Part shown: piece after piece, positions 37,834 to 47,000 of the stretch
How positions within the stretch are numbered: the stretch's first letter is position 1
Layout: the number at the start of each line of letters is the position of its first letter
Source: a virus
Taxonomy: Duplodnaviria; Caudoviricetes
Reading direction: 5' to 3' (one strand)
DNA: 55,569 bases
IMG/VR virus record: IMGVR_UViG_3300044644_002107
Coordinates: 1 to 55,569 of that record
Program-made: the position numbers and the translations under genes
The notes under the pieces: model-generated
The model's database searches: none
What the model saw: only the letters and a program-made list of their open reading frames with translations
Told to the model about the DNA's origin: nothing

Positions 37834-38177
37834 TTATATACCTTAGCTCCGTTTTCGTTGTCTTCAAGAACTTCTACGATCTCACAATCAAATTTTTTGA
37901 GAAGCTCTTCGGCCAGCATCTCACATGACCTTGATCCAAGTTCTCCTGGTCGGCCATACTTTGTTTCGAGATAATTTTGCACTCGACGCTTAAAAAGAAT
38001 AATTTCCACATCTCTATCATCATGAGTTACGTGCTTTTCTAGCGTAACGAAAAACAAATGTCTGTGTCTATCAAAGAGGAAATGGATTTCTGGGTTGTCA
38101 GGAAGAGCCTCTTTGACTCCCTGCCAGTTGTGAAAAGCTTCGTATTGAAGTGTAATAATAACAGTAGTAGTAGTCAT
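37830..38177 (-). CDS. QueD/6-pyruvoyl-tetrahydropterin synthase-like T-fold protein
   Basis: EAFHNW, HRHLF, HDDRDVE, SCEMLAE and VEVLEDNENGA. Start at 38177 inferred from promoter spacing. Confidence 0.7.
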   Translation of the reverse strand: MTTTTVIITLQYEAFHNWQGVKEALPDNPEIHFLFDRHRHLFFVTLEKHVTHDDRDVEIILFKRRVQNYLETKYGRPGELGSRSCEMLAEELLKKFDCEIVEVLEDNENGAKVYK

Positions 38178-38184
38178 TGACATA

Positions 38185-38212
38185 ATCATACTTTCGAATT
38201 GTCAGTGATCAA
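38185..38212 (-). promoter_or_regulatory. Sigma70-like promoter for the QueD-like to gp62 operon, leaderless
   Basis: TTGATC-16-TATGAT-7-ATG. Confidence 0.6.
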
Positions 38213-38214
38213 CG

Positions 38215-39192
38215 TTAGATTTTAATATTTTTGAGCCAAACATTATTTTTCTCATGCCACTTTAATGTTTTTATTAATCCCTCTTCAAATGATACTGTTG
38301 GTTCATATCCTATTAACGTTTTTGCTTTTGTTATATTAGCTTGAGTAGTTAAAATATCAGCAGCATGAAAGTCTCTAGTTTCTCTAACCGGACTATCTAC
38401 TCCTCTTTGCTTGCAAATAAAATCAATTGTCCAGTTTAAACTTTTAGGATCTCTTCCTCCTCCGAGGTTCAAAATTTCGTATCCTAAAAGTTTAGAAGCT
38501 TGAATCGTTCCTCTTGCAATATCATCTACATATGTGAAATCCCGAGACTGAGATCCGTCTCCAAAAATTTCAAGCGGGTGGCTTTCGTCAATCCATTTAA
38601 TAAACCTAAAAATACTCATGTCTGGCCTTCCTGCAGGACCAAATACTGTAAAATACCGTACTACTGAAATATCTAAACCATAAAGGTGATGATAACTATA
38701 AGCCATTAGTTCTGCTGCTTTTTTTGAAGCTGCATATGGAGACAAAGGAGTGTTTACAGCAAGGTCTTCTCTAAAAGGCATTTGTTGTCCAGCATATAAA
38801 GAAGAGGTAGAAGCTAACACCATTTTCTGTACGCTTGTGTTTCTCATGGCCTCTAAAAGATTTAAAGTTCCTACAGCGTTTGTTGACATGTACACATAAG
38901 GATTCTTTAAGCTATTGTGAACTCCTGCTCGAGCAGCTAAGTTGTAAATAGTTTCAAATTGAACTGATTCAAATAGCTCAAAAATTTTATTTTTATCTTC
39001 AATATCTATTTCTAAAAATTTAAAATTCTTAGTACAATAATGTAATTCATTTAATCTGTGAGTTTTAAGAGTGGGACTATAATAGTCGTTTAAATTATCG
39101 ATACCTACTACATTGTGTCCTTCTGCTAAAAGCATTTTACAAACGACAGAACCTATAAACCCAGCACAACCTGTAACTAAAACAGTATTCAT
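38215..39192 (-). CDS. NAD-dependent epimerase, UDP-glucuronate 4-epimerase-like
   Basis: TGCAGFIG, GIDNLNDYY, LAARAGV, YAASK, GPAGRPDM and RDFTYVDD. Confidence 0.92.
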   Translation of the reverse strand: MNTVLVTGCAGFIGSVVCKMLLAEGHNVVGIDNLNDYYSPTLKTHRLNELHYCTKNFKFLEIDIEDKNKIFELFESVQFETIYNLAARAGVHNSLKNPYVYMSTNAVGTLNLLEAMRNTSVQKMVLASTSSLYAGQQMPFREDLAVNTPLSPYAASKKAAELMAYSYHHLYGLDISVVRYFTVFGPAGRPDMSIFRFIKWIDESHPLEIFGDGSQSRDFTYVDDIARGTIQASKLLGYEILNLGGGRDPKSLNWTIDFICKQRGVDSPVRETRDFHAADILTTQANITKAKTLIGYEPTVSFEEGLIKTLKWHEKNNVWLKNIKI

Positions 39193-39207
39193 TGTTTTTA
39201 TTTAAAC

Positions 39208-39240
39208 AAAAAAAAGCCCTTTGCAACAGCAAAGGGCTTT
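39208..39240 (-). terminator. Rho-independent terminator
   Basis: aaagccctttgc-aaca-gcaaagggcttt with an A run on the left (U tract on the minus strand). Confidence 0.9.
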
Positions 39241-39261
39241 GATTCAGAAGCTATAAAAAGC

Positions 39262-39495
39262 TTATGCTTCTACTGTAGCAAAACGACCAAACTCATCACG
39301 AACGTTGTAGAAACGCTCACGAAGAACAGCGCTATTGGAGCGATCCAAAAAGCCAAGAAACTCATAGCGACTTGGATTGATCTTGCGCTGAATCATCTTG
39401 GTCTTCTTCGCGACGGAAAGACCAGAAGGAATGTTGTTTTTGCCGGTGATTGCCTCGAGAGGCTTGATGCGTGTGTTTGTTGGTGATGTATTCAT
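39262..39495 (-). CDS. Small basic protein with C-terminal RDxxGRF motif, monocistronic
   Basis: Own promoter and terminator; visibly more GC-rich than its flanks; ends VRDEFGRFATVEA. Confidence 0.75.
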   Translation of the reverse strand: MNTSPTNTRIKPLEAITGKNNIPSGLSVAKKTKMIQRKINPSRYEFLGFLDRSNSAVLRERFYNVRDEFGRFATVEA

Positions 39496-39503
39496 CGGCC
39501 CTT

Positions 39504-39532
39504 AATATCCCATATGTTTGAGGCCAGTTCAA
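39504..39532 (-). promoter_or_regulatory. Sigma70-like promoter with AT-rich upstream element, leaderless
   Basis: TTGAAC-17-GATATT-8-ATG. Confidence 0.5.
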
Positions 39533-39551
39533 CGGTATTTTTAAAAGAATA

Positions 39552-39689
39552 TTAAATAGCTGCGTTAATAGCTGCCATAAGAGCTGAAACTCTTGTGTCA
39601 AGTTTAGCTAGATCAATTGCTTCTCCTATTGAATAAAAAGACAAACGATGATCCGCGCGATTATTACTAGTAAAACTTCCAAATACCAT
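39552..39689 (-). CDS. 45-aa ORF resembling the C-terminus of a phage lectin-like protein, remnant or minigene (missing from the ORF track)
   Basis: Translates to MVFGSFTSNNRADHRLSFYSIGEAIDLAKLDTRVSALMAAINAAI; TAATG overlap with the upstream stop. Confidence 0.6.
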   Translation of the reverse strand: MVFGSFTSNNRADHRLSFYSIGEAIDLAKLDTRVSALMAAINAAI

Positions 39690-42481
39690 TAATTTGAATC
39701 TCCAAAATCATCGCTCCAACTAGCAATAAGTTTTCCTGCGATATCAGTCGTTAAACTGTTAGCTAACAGTTTTCCAATAGTATTTTCTGCAGTAAGTTGA
39801 GCAGTTAAAACATTATAAAAATCAGAAGCATCCATAATTGCTTCTCCTACTGTGTTGTCCACTGGAGTATTCAATCTAACAGATTTAGGGCTTGGAATAA
39901 TGCAAGTTCCAACCAATGTATTATTAGCATAAGAAACACCCTCTCTTACTGCTGATACTGGAGGCATTGAAAACGCACTCAACGAGTCTGTTGAATACAT
40001 GTTTAGTTTTTCGTTGTTAAGGCTCGAATAAGAAATAACAGTATTTGTTGCTGGCGGATGAAGCTGATATGTTAATGAATATATAGCAACTCTGCCAGAG
40101 GGATCATCTATTATGTTTCCACTAAAATAATTTTGAGTATACTTACCGTATGTTTCACTAACATTAGTGCCTGTTGTAAATCTCGCGGAACGGAACGCTG
40201 AAGAAGTTGGAGAAGCAATTGCATTACCGAATAGCTGAAATACTCCATATCTTGATTCGTTTATAACACCATAAGCTTCTGGTCCTTCTCCTCCTACTAT
40301 ATTTCCTTTGACAACAATGTTTGTTGTTGATCTTTCATCTGCTAATGACGTTTGTATGCCTGCTCCCAAAGAACCTCCAATTACGGTGCCATTTACAAAA
40401 ACACTTCCTCCTAAGTTTTGTATACCGTAAGTAGTCGAGCTTCCTCCTCCAATTACAAGTCCGTTTACATAAACAGTTCCATGATAGTTGTATATTCCGG
40501 TTCTAATATTAGCTGTAGATCTTTCAGCACTAACTGACCCATTAACTTTTATTATAGAGGAATGGTAGTTATTTAGCGACGTATAATCGCTTTGGAGATA
40601 AATGCCGTGTCCTGCTGACGTTCCGTTTACAGCACCATTAATTTCTAAAACGGAATCTGCAACAACATTAATTCCGTGAGAACTGTGATTAGATGTGCTG
40701 TTCGCGGCGTTTACGTTGGCAATAGTGATTACTCCAGAAACTGGAGCTAATATTGAAAGTCCGTGGCTACTGGTATTTGCTCCAGCTTCTATGCTAGCGT
40801 TGGGTGTGTTGTTGGTTATAGTTAAATTATTAATTGGAATATTAATTTCCATTCCAGGAGCAGATGTCCCAGTTCCTCCAAGAATATTCCCTTGAACAGT
40901 AACGTTGTTAATTGGAATATTTCCTGATAATTGTAAACCTAATGCAGAAGTACTAGAACCTCCAGAAATTGTTTTTTGAGCGTTTAGTGTTGACACACTT
41001 CCTCTTATAATCCCTCCTGTGGTGTTAGGACCCGATCCTCCTATATGCGTTCCTTCTACATCAATGGTATCAAAAGATCCCTTCAACACGTATCCTGGAC
41101 CTCCTCCTGCCGCTCCTCCGAGTACATTCCCGTGTATATACACAGAGGAGGCTGAACAATCTGCAGATAGTCCGGGCCCAAGAGAGGATCCGCCTGTAAT
41201 GTTTCCATATATATCAATGTTTCCTGTTCCGTTATAATACACTCCTCCACATTGAGCTCCAGTTCCTCCTTTTACGTTTCCTATAATTAATACTCCTCCT
41301 GAACCCACGTGATGCAGTCCATAAGATGAATTAGAATTGCCTCCCGTAATGTTTCCCTGAAAAACAGCAGTGTCTCCTCCTCCTATTTGAGTTTCATCTG
41401 AAACTGAACTGCTTAAGAGGGTCATAGAGCTGTTAATAAACCCGGGAGCAGACAACGTAGTGACCGTCGTCGGCCGAGTTACCGTATACATGCCCGTATC
41501 ACTAATTGAATTAAAATTCTGAGCAACGTTTCTTATCGTTTGGACTTCCACCTCTGTGTTTATTTCTACTACATTTGCATTAGCGTATACGTGGTCAGTT
41601 GACAACGGAACGAGCTCTTCGATCCACGTATTTGGGTCTGTCCATAACCCACTTTGCTTAGCATAAGTGGACCGTTCGGTTATTCCCCACTTTCTGCCTA
41701 AATACAATTCCACTTTAGTTCTTTCTTCCGTCGTTAAGCTCCTATTATAACACAACAATTCTGAAAGATAAAAGTTAACAGAAGTGTTATTAGCACCAAA
41801 CGTGATTCCTCCTGCTGCTGGTATGCCCATTCCAAGTCTAGTAACATTAATAGAAGCATTGAGAGTGCTATTACTTCTGGTGTTTTGAATTCCATTTAAA
41901 AACGTCGTTCCTGTTGTTCCGTTGTGAGTGGAAGTAAATACATCAAATTTGTTTCTTGGAGTTACAGACCCTGTATTTAACGCAGGATTAGTGGAATATA
42001 AACCCAGCAATGTTGCTGTAGAAGCAACAATTGGAAGAATGTTATTCGGAGTTGTTGTATCAGTATGAGTTATTCCAGATTGAGAGTACAATCTTCCGTT
42101 AGTAGGATATGCCTGGTTGGTTGATAGCACAGCGAACACTGTTTGAGAAGTATAATTGTTATTGAAATATGCAGTTAACGCGTCATTAGCTCCGTCGAAC
42201 CAAACAGTTGGATTCTGGTTATTAATATACAAAAATGTTGGATTACGAGAGACGTTGGTGTTTTGAACAAATGCACTTATTCCACTAACGGTTGTTCCTA
42301 ATTGATTTAACGACGTTAAATTTGAATTCCAAGCAGCTTTGTTTTTCCAATATGCAACCGGCTCTCCTGACGACTGTACCTGGTTTTGTCCTGTACCTAA
42401 AAGAAACATAGAGGCAAGATCACTGGCGTCTAACCAAATGAGACAATCTGAGATGCCTAAAGGAGTTGTTAATGCAGCCAT
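39689..42481 (-). CDS. LamG/ConA-like domain plus Gly-rich beta-helix virion protein (paralog family)
   Basis: WLDASD...ELLCYNRSLT..E...VELYLGRKW, GNITGG repeats and the shared C-terminal anchor. Confidence 0.75.
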   Translation of the reverse strand: MAALTTPLGISDCLIWLDASDLASMFLLGTGQNQVQSSGEPVAYWKNKAAWNSNLTSLNQLGTTVSGISAFVQNTNVSRNPTFLYINNQNPTVWFDGANDALTAYFNNNYTSQTVFAVLSTNQAYPTNGRLYSQSGITHTDTTTPNNILPIVASTATLLGLYSTNPALNTGSVTPRNKFDVFTSTHNGTTGTTFLNGIQNTRSNSTLNASINVTRLGMGIPAAGGITFGANNTSVNFYLSELLCYNRSLTTEERTKVELYLGRKWGITERSTYAKQSGLWTDPNTWIEELVPLSTDHVYANANVVEINTEVEVQTIRNVAQNFNSISDTGMYTVTRPTTVTTLSAPGFINSSMTLLSSSVSDETQIGGGDTAVFQGNITGGNSNSSYGLHHVGSGGVLIIGNVKGGTGAQCGGVYYNGTGNIDIYGNITGGSSLGPGLSADCSASSVYIHGNVLGGAAGGGPGYVLKGSFDTIDVEGTHIGGSGPNTTGGIIRGSVSTLNAQKTISGGSSTSALGLQLSGNIPINNVTVQGNILGGTGTSAPGMEINIPINNLTITNNTPNASIEAGANTSSHGLSILAPVSGVITIANVNAANSTSNHSSHGINVVADSVLEINGAVNGTSAGHGIYLQSDYTSLNNYHSSIIKVNGSVSAERSTANIRTGIYNYHGTVYVNGLVIGGGSSTTYGIQNLGGSVFVNGTVIGGSLGAGIQTSLADERSTTNIVVKGNIVGGEGPEAYGVINESRYGVFQLFGNAIASPTSSAFRSARFTTGTNVSETYGKYTQNYFSGNIIDDPSGRVAIYSLTYQLHPPATNTVISYSSLNNEKLNMYSTDSLSAFSMPPVSAVREGVSYANNTLVGTCIIPSPKSVRLNTPVDNTVGEAIMDASDFYNVLTAQLTAENTIGKLLANSLTTDIAGKLIASWSDDFGDSN

Positions 42482-42500
42482 AATAAAACCGTATCTGTAT

Positions 42501-44075
42501 TTATTCTAAACTAGCAATAGTCTGTCCTAAAATTTCTGTCGTTGCTGTGCTTGCTAGTTTTTTTCCAATTGTATTAGCTTGATTTAAAAGTTCTGTAGGG
42601 CTATACAAATAAAAATCTAACGGATTAACTGTTGCAGTTCCTACCAGCATGCCGTTATGATCATAACGCACCCCATAATACACTTTTTCCGGAGCTGGAA
42701 TTTCGCAACTTCCTGTATAATAACCGTATTGGACACCGCTTCTAACAGAGCTTATTGGAGGAACGGACATTTGAACGCTTGAATCAGTTGTATAATAATT
42801 CTGCATATCAAATGTTGTTGGAGAAACAACGAGTGAGGATTTTGCATGAGTAATATATGGCTGATAAACATTGGAACTAAAAACAACAAAAGGAGCTTGG
42901 ATTGCTGGAACTCCCTGAGGACTTCCTATTAGGTTTCCGTTAACAAAAATAATTCCTGTGCTCGTACTGGCGCTGTAAACAGCTGGTTCTATGTCTGTTG
43001 TAACAACATTTCCGTTAATGTAAACTTCTGCGTTTACGTTAGATACCCCAACAGAAGGTCTCGTGACTATATTACCATTAACGGTAATTTTTCCTTTGTT
43101 TGTTCCACTATAGTTAATTGGATACCCACGGATTCCTGAAATTAAATTCCCATTAACAGTTGCTGTCACTTGAGAAGTAACTGTTGTTTGGAATAATATA
43201 GCGTTAGGGCAATTGTACGCATATATATTGCCGTTAACTGTTAAGGACACAGGACCAGAAGTAGTTTCTATATCTATAGGCCGAGCTGCGGAACTGGTTG
43301 AGTCTGTAGCTGCTGACCCGATAATGTCTCCATTTACGGTCACAATATTTTGTCCTGTAATGTTCAATCCCCTTGAATCACTACTGCGAGGAGTCATTAG
43401 ATCGAATCTAATGCTTCCATGTACGTTAATAGTCGATTTAGAGGTAGCAGCGGTAGTAATTTGTCTGCTTCGACTATTGTCGTGAGATCCTCTGGTTCGA
43501 GCTGAATAAATGGTTCCATATACTGTCGTAGATGCTTGTGTAGTCTTAGTATTATCATACAAAGCAAAAACATTTCCGTATGTAGTATTGCCTGTAGTGT
43601 ATCCATTGAAGTTGGGTCCTGAAATGTCTCCTCGTATTGTGACAGGACTCTCTATTTCGTTCCAAAAAGTATATCCAACAAAAGTAGCAGTAGCTCCGGA
43701 TTCCGGGGCATAAATGTTCCCGTATATATTTAAAGCATTGGATCCAACCGCGGACACCATTATACTATTATTAACTAAAGCTGTGCCGATTATTTGTGAC
43801 GCTGTTATGTTAATAACATTGGTAGAAGTGTCAATTTTAAATCGTCCTCCAGGCGTGGCTGATCCTCCGAAACGACCAGAACCATTGTGTAGTGCTAGAC
43901 AATTTACATCTTGTGTAATGTCAATAATCTTACCGTTTGCAATTGCTACATCATCAATTGTTGGAGGTTCTACTATAGAATAGCCTGCTACATTGGAAGC
44001 AGAAGCGTTGTACCAAATTGAACTAGCGCCTGTACTGTGAAAGTTTCCATTAGATGCAGCATATTTGTTAGCCAT
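42501..44075 (-). CDS. Beta-helix virion protein (paralog without the LamG domain)
   Basis: VNGNI repeats and shared C-terminus PPISSVRSGVQY...NTIGKKL. Confidence 0.72.
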   Translation of the reverse strand: MANKYAASNGNFHSTGASSIWYNASASNVAGYSIVEPPTIDDVAIANGKIIDITQDVNCLALHNGSGRFGGSATPGGRFKIDTSTNVINITASQIIGTALVNNSIMVSAVGSNALNIYGNIYAPESGATATFVGYTFWNEIESPVTIRGDISGPNFNGYTTGNTTYGNVFALYDNTKTTQASTTVYGTIYSARTRGSHDNSRSRQITTAATSKSTINVHGSIRFDLMTPRSSDSRGLNITGQNIVTVNGDIIGSAATDSTSSAARPIDIETTSGPVSLTVNGNIYAYNCPNAILFQTTVTSQVTATVNGNLISGIRGYPINYSGTNKGKITVNGNIVTRPSVGVSNVNAEVYINGNVVTTDIEPAVYSASTSTGIIFVNGNLIGSPQGVPAIQAPFVVFSSNVYQPYITHAKSSLVVSPTTFDMQNYYTTDSSVQMSVPPISSVRSGVQYGYYTGSCEIPAPEKVYYGVRYDHNGMLVGTATVNPLDFYLYSPTELLNQANTIGKKLASTATTEILGQTIASLE

Positions 44076-44087
44076 ATTTTTGAGACG

Positions 44088-47000
44088 TTAAAAAGTTGCT
44101 CCGGTTAGTTTGACAGCACTACTTAATAAAACTTGTTTTGTGCAAATGTTTTTGATTTTTTCTCCAAAGGTATTTTGTATATTTTGAGATAAGTCTGTGT
44201 TTAGTGCTGCTATAAAGTCTTCTTTGAGAAGTTTTATTTTTCCTAGTTCTATTCCAACAGGAACCCCAAACGAAACAGAAGAAGCTGACGGAACAATCAT
44301 TGTGCCTGTAAGTTCGTTAATATTAACAAACGGTTTTCCTGAAAGCTGAGACATTTCTGCATATTTGACTCCAAAAGCAACAGAAGAAGCATTGGGAATT
44401 AAAGTAGAATGGTAGGCTTCAGGAGCATAAAAAACAATTTGTGAACCAGCGTCATTAAAATGTGTTATGTACTGATTGTAATTGCTAGCATCTTGAAAAT
44501 ATGTTCTAGCCCAGACGGCTTGTCTGCCGTTTGAGGCATTAACAATAGGTCCTGTAATATCAACCATTGAAGACTGGCTTGAAGACCAAATAGCTGATTG
44601 GTTTGTTGAGGCTCTTACTATACCTGTAACTTTTACGGACGTGTCGCCAATTATATTAACTGTAGGCAAAGTAGTTGTGACTGATCCACCATCAATGTCT
44701 CCATTAATGGTTACCGGGCCTTGTTCATTAACTACATAAAGAGCGGGAGAAGCGGTACCAATTAAATTTCCGTATAAAAATAAATTTGCATTTAATCCTG
44801 TATTTGCGTTATGTATAGCATACCCCACTGTCCCTGTTCCGCCAAGAACAAACGGACTAAATACGTAAATGTTTCCGTACATTAACATATTAACGAATGC
44901 TGGGCCTGTTCTGCCAACTATATTATTTGACGACAGAGCAACAGTTGAAATATAATTAGAATGATAACCCTCTAAAATCATCCCACTCGCTGTCGCGTTC
45001 GTTCCTCCTGACAAGTTTCCACTAAGAGTAAAGGTCTGTAATAAATTTTTAATATTAACTCCATAACAAAACGCTGCAGTTCCTCCTGAAACGTTTCCTA
45101 CTATTCTCACATCTGTTGCAGTTAAAGCATGAAAAGCTCCAATGTCTGAGTCGTCAGCGGTAGTTCCAGTTATATTTCCGGTAATTGATGCGCTATTTGT
45201 GGAATCTAAGTATAATCCAGAATAACTACTTCCTAGTATGTTTCCTATTACCTCTACTCTATTTGCAGAAATAGCTCTCACGCCAGAGACAGAACCTCCT
45301 ACTATATTTCCATATATTTTAATGCTATCAGTCAAAGGAGCGTACACTCCTTGAGAGCTACTAGTGCCTCCTAAAATATTGTCTCCTGATATAGTGAGGG
45401 TTGTAACAACTGGACACGTCAGTCCGTCAGCATCAGTACTAGATCCTCCTCTTATGTTTCCTACAATATTGACAGAACCGCTTGCAGAAAGACCCACTAT
45501 TCCTTTTGAATTAAAGCCTGAACTTCCTGAAATATTTCCTGTTACGGAAAGATTATTAAAATAATCAACGCTCATTCCTACAGCAAACCGGCCGGAACCT
45601 CCAGCAACATTTCCGAATATCTCTATATTGTTTGCAGATAAAGTTCTTAATCCAAATGTGTTTGTTTGAGTGCTGCCTAAAATGTTTCCGGTAACAAAAA
45701 TATTATGCGTAGACTCACTGTACACGCCACAAGCAGATAAACCAGTATTAGCAAATATGCCTCCCGATACAACAAGATTGCCAGTTGAAGTGCTAGAAAT
45801 ACCTGCACATCTTGTACTGGTTCCACCACGCACGCTGCTTAAAACTGTTATATTGCAAAAAGGAGAGGTGTTGTACAAGCCATACGCATCGTCATTGCCT
45901 CCTCCTGTTAGCGTTCCTGTTATTGTGATGCTTGTTCCTGCTAAATTCCTTAAAGCTATCTCGCGGTTGCCTACAACATTGCCATCGATAATAATCGGAG
46001 CAGTTCCTTTTTGGATTATTCCGTAAGCGGATAGCGCTGTTCCAGAACAAACGTTTCCTGTGAGATATACTACGCCGGAATTGACGTTCATATTCAAACA
46101 AACAGCGCTTCCAGCAATTACGTTAAACAAACGATGGTTAATTGCAGTAGTTGATCCAGAAACGTTCAATGTATAAGGTTGGTTCAACAAAAACATGCCT
46201 CCATCAGACAAATATGGAAACGTGACGTAAGGAGCGGTTTGTAAAGTATTAACTGTAATGTTTTGATCGATAGTTACTTGGTAACCGTTAGCATAAACTC
46301 TAGAACTTAAACCAGGAACGTCGTTGGAGTACCACGTTGCATTGTTTGACCAATTTCCATTGTATACAGGATACGTAAAATTTGCTAAAGGAATGTTCCA
46401 CTTGCTGGCTAGATAAAACTCAATTTGATGTCTTTCTTCTTCTGTTACGAATCTATCATATACTAACACTTCAGAAATTTCCCCGTCATAAAAAGTACCT
46501 ACTGCTGGAGCTCCTGTACTTCCGTTTAAATTTGCTCCTATTCTAGAACAAACCGAGCTAACAGCCGTACCAAAAGACGTGGCAGCATAATTCACAATTG
46601 ACAACCCATTTGTAACGTTTGTTCCTTGGATGTCTCTTGCTCTCTGAGATAAAACAACAAAAGAACTAAGTGCTGGAACAGCTACTTGTCCAAATACAAT
46701 GCTGTTTCTCATAGCACTTCTTGTATTCAAACTGTTGAGATGTTCTGCAACTCTGTAGTTTGCAGCATTGTTAGTCGTATCAGCTTGAGTTATAGTTCCA
46801 ACTTGAGTATAAATTCTTCCTCCAGAGCTACTAGCCAAACTTCTTCCTGTTTGAACTATAAAAGTTGACTGCTCTGTGTTTACGCTTGTTGCGTTTAATG
46901 TCAAAAATTGAGTTCCATTAAACCATACCGATGGATACCCGTGAAAACTGCTTGTATAATAAGTTGGCCTGGAAGCAGTAGTGACTCCTGTGGTTATAAA

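Noticed and set aside
39362-39601. 79-aa minus-strand ORF in the ORF track
   Set aside because: It overlaps two better-supported ORFs and the promoter between them, in another frame.
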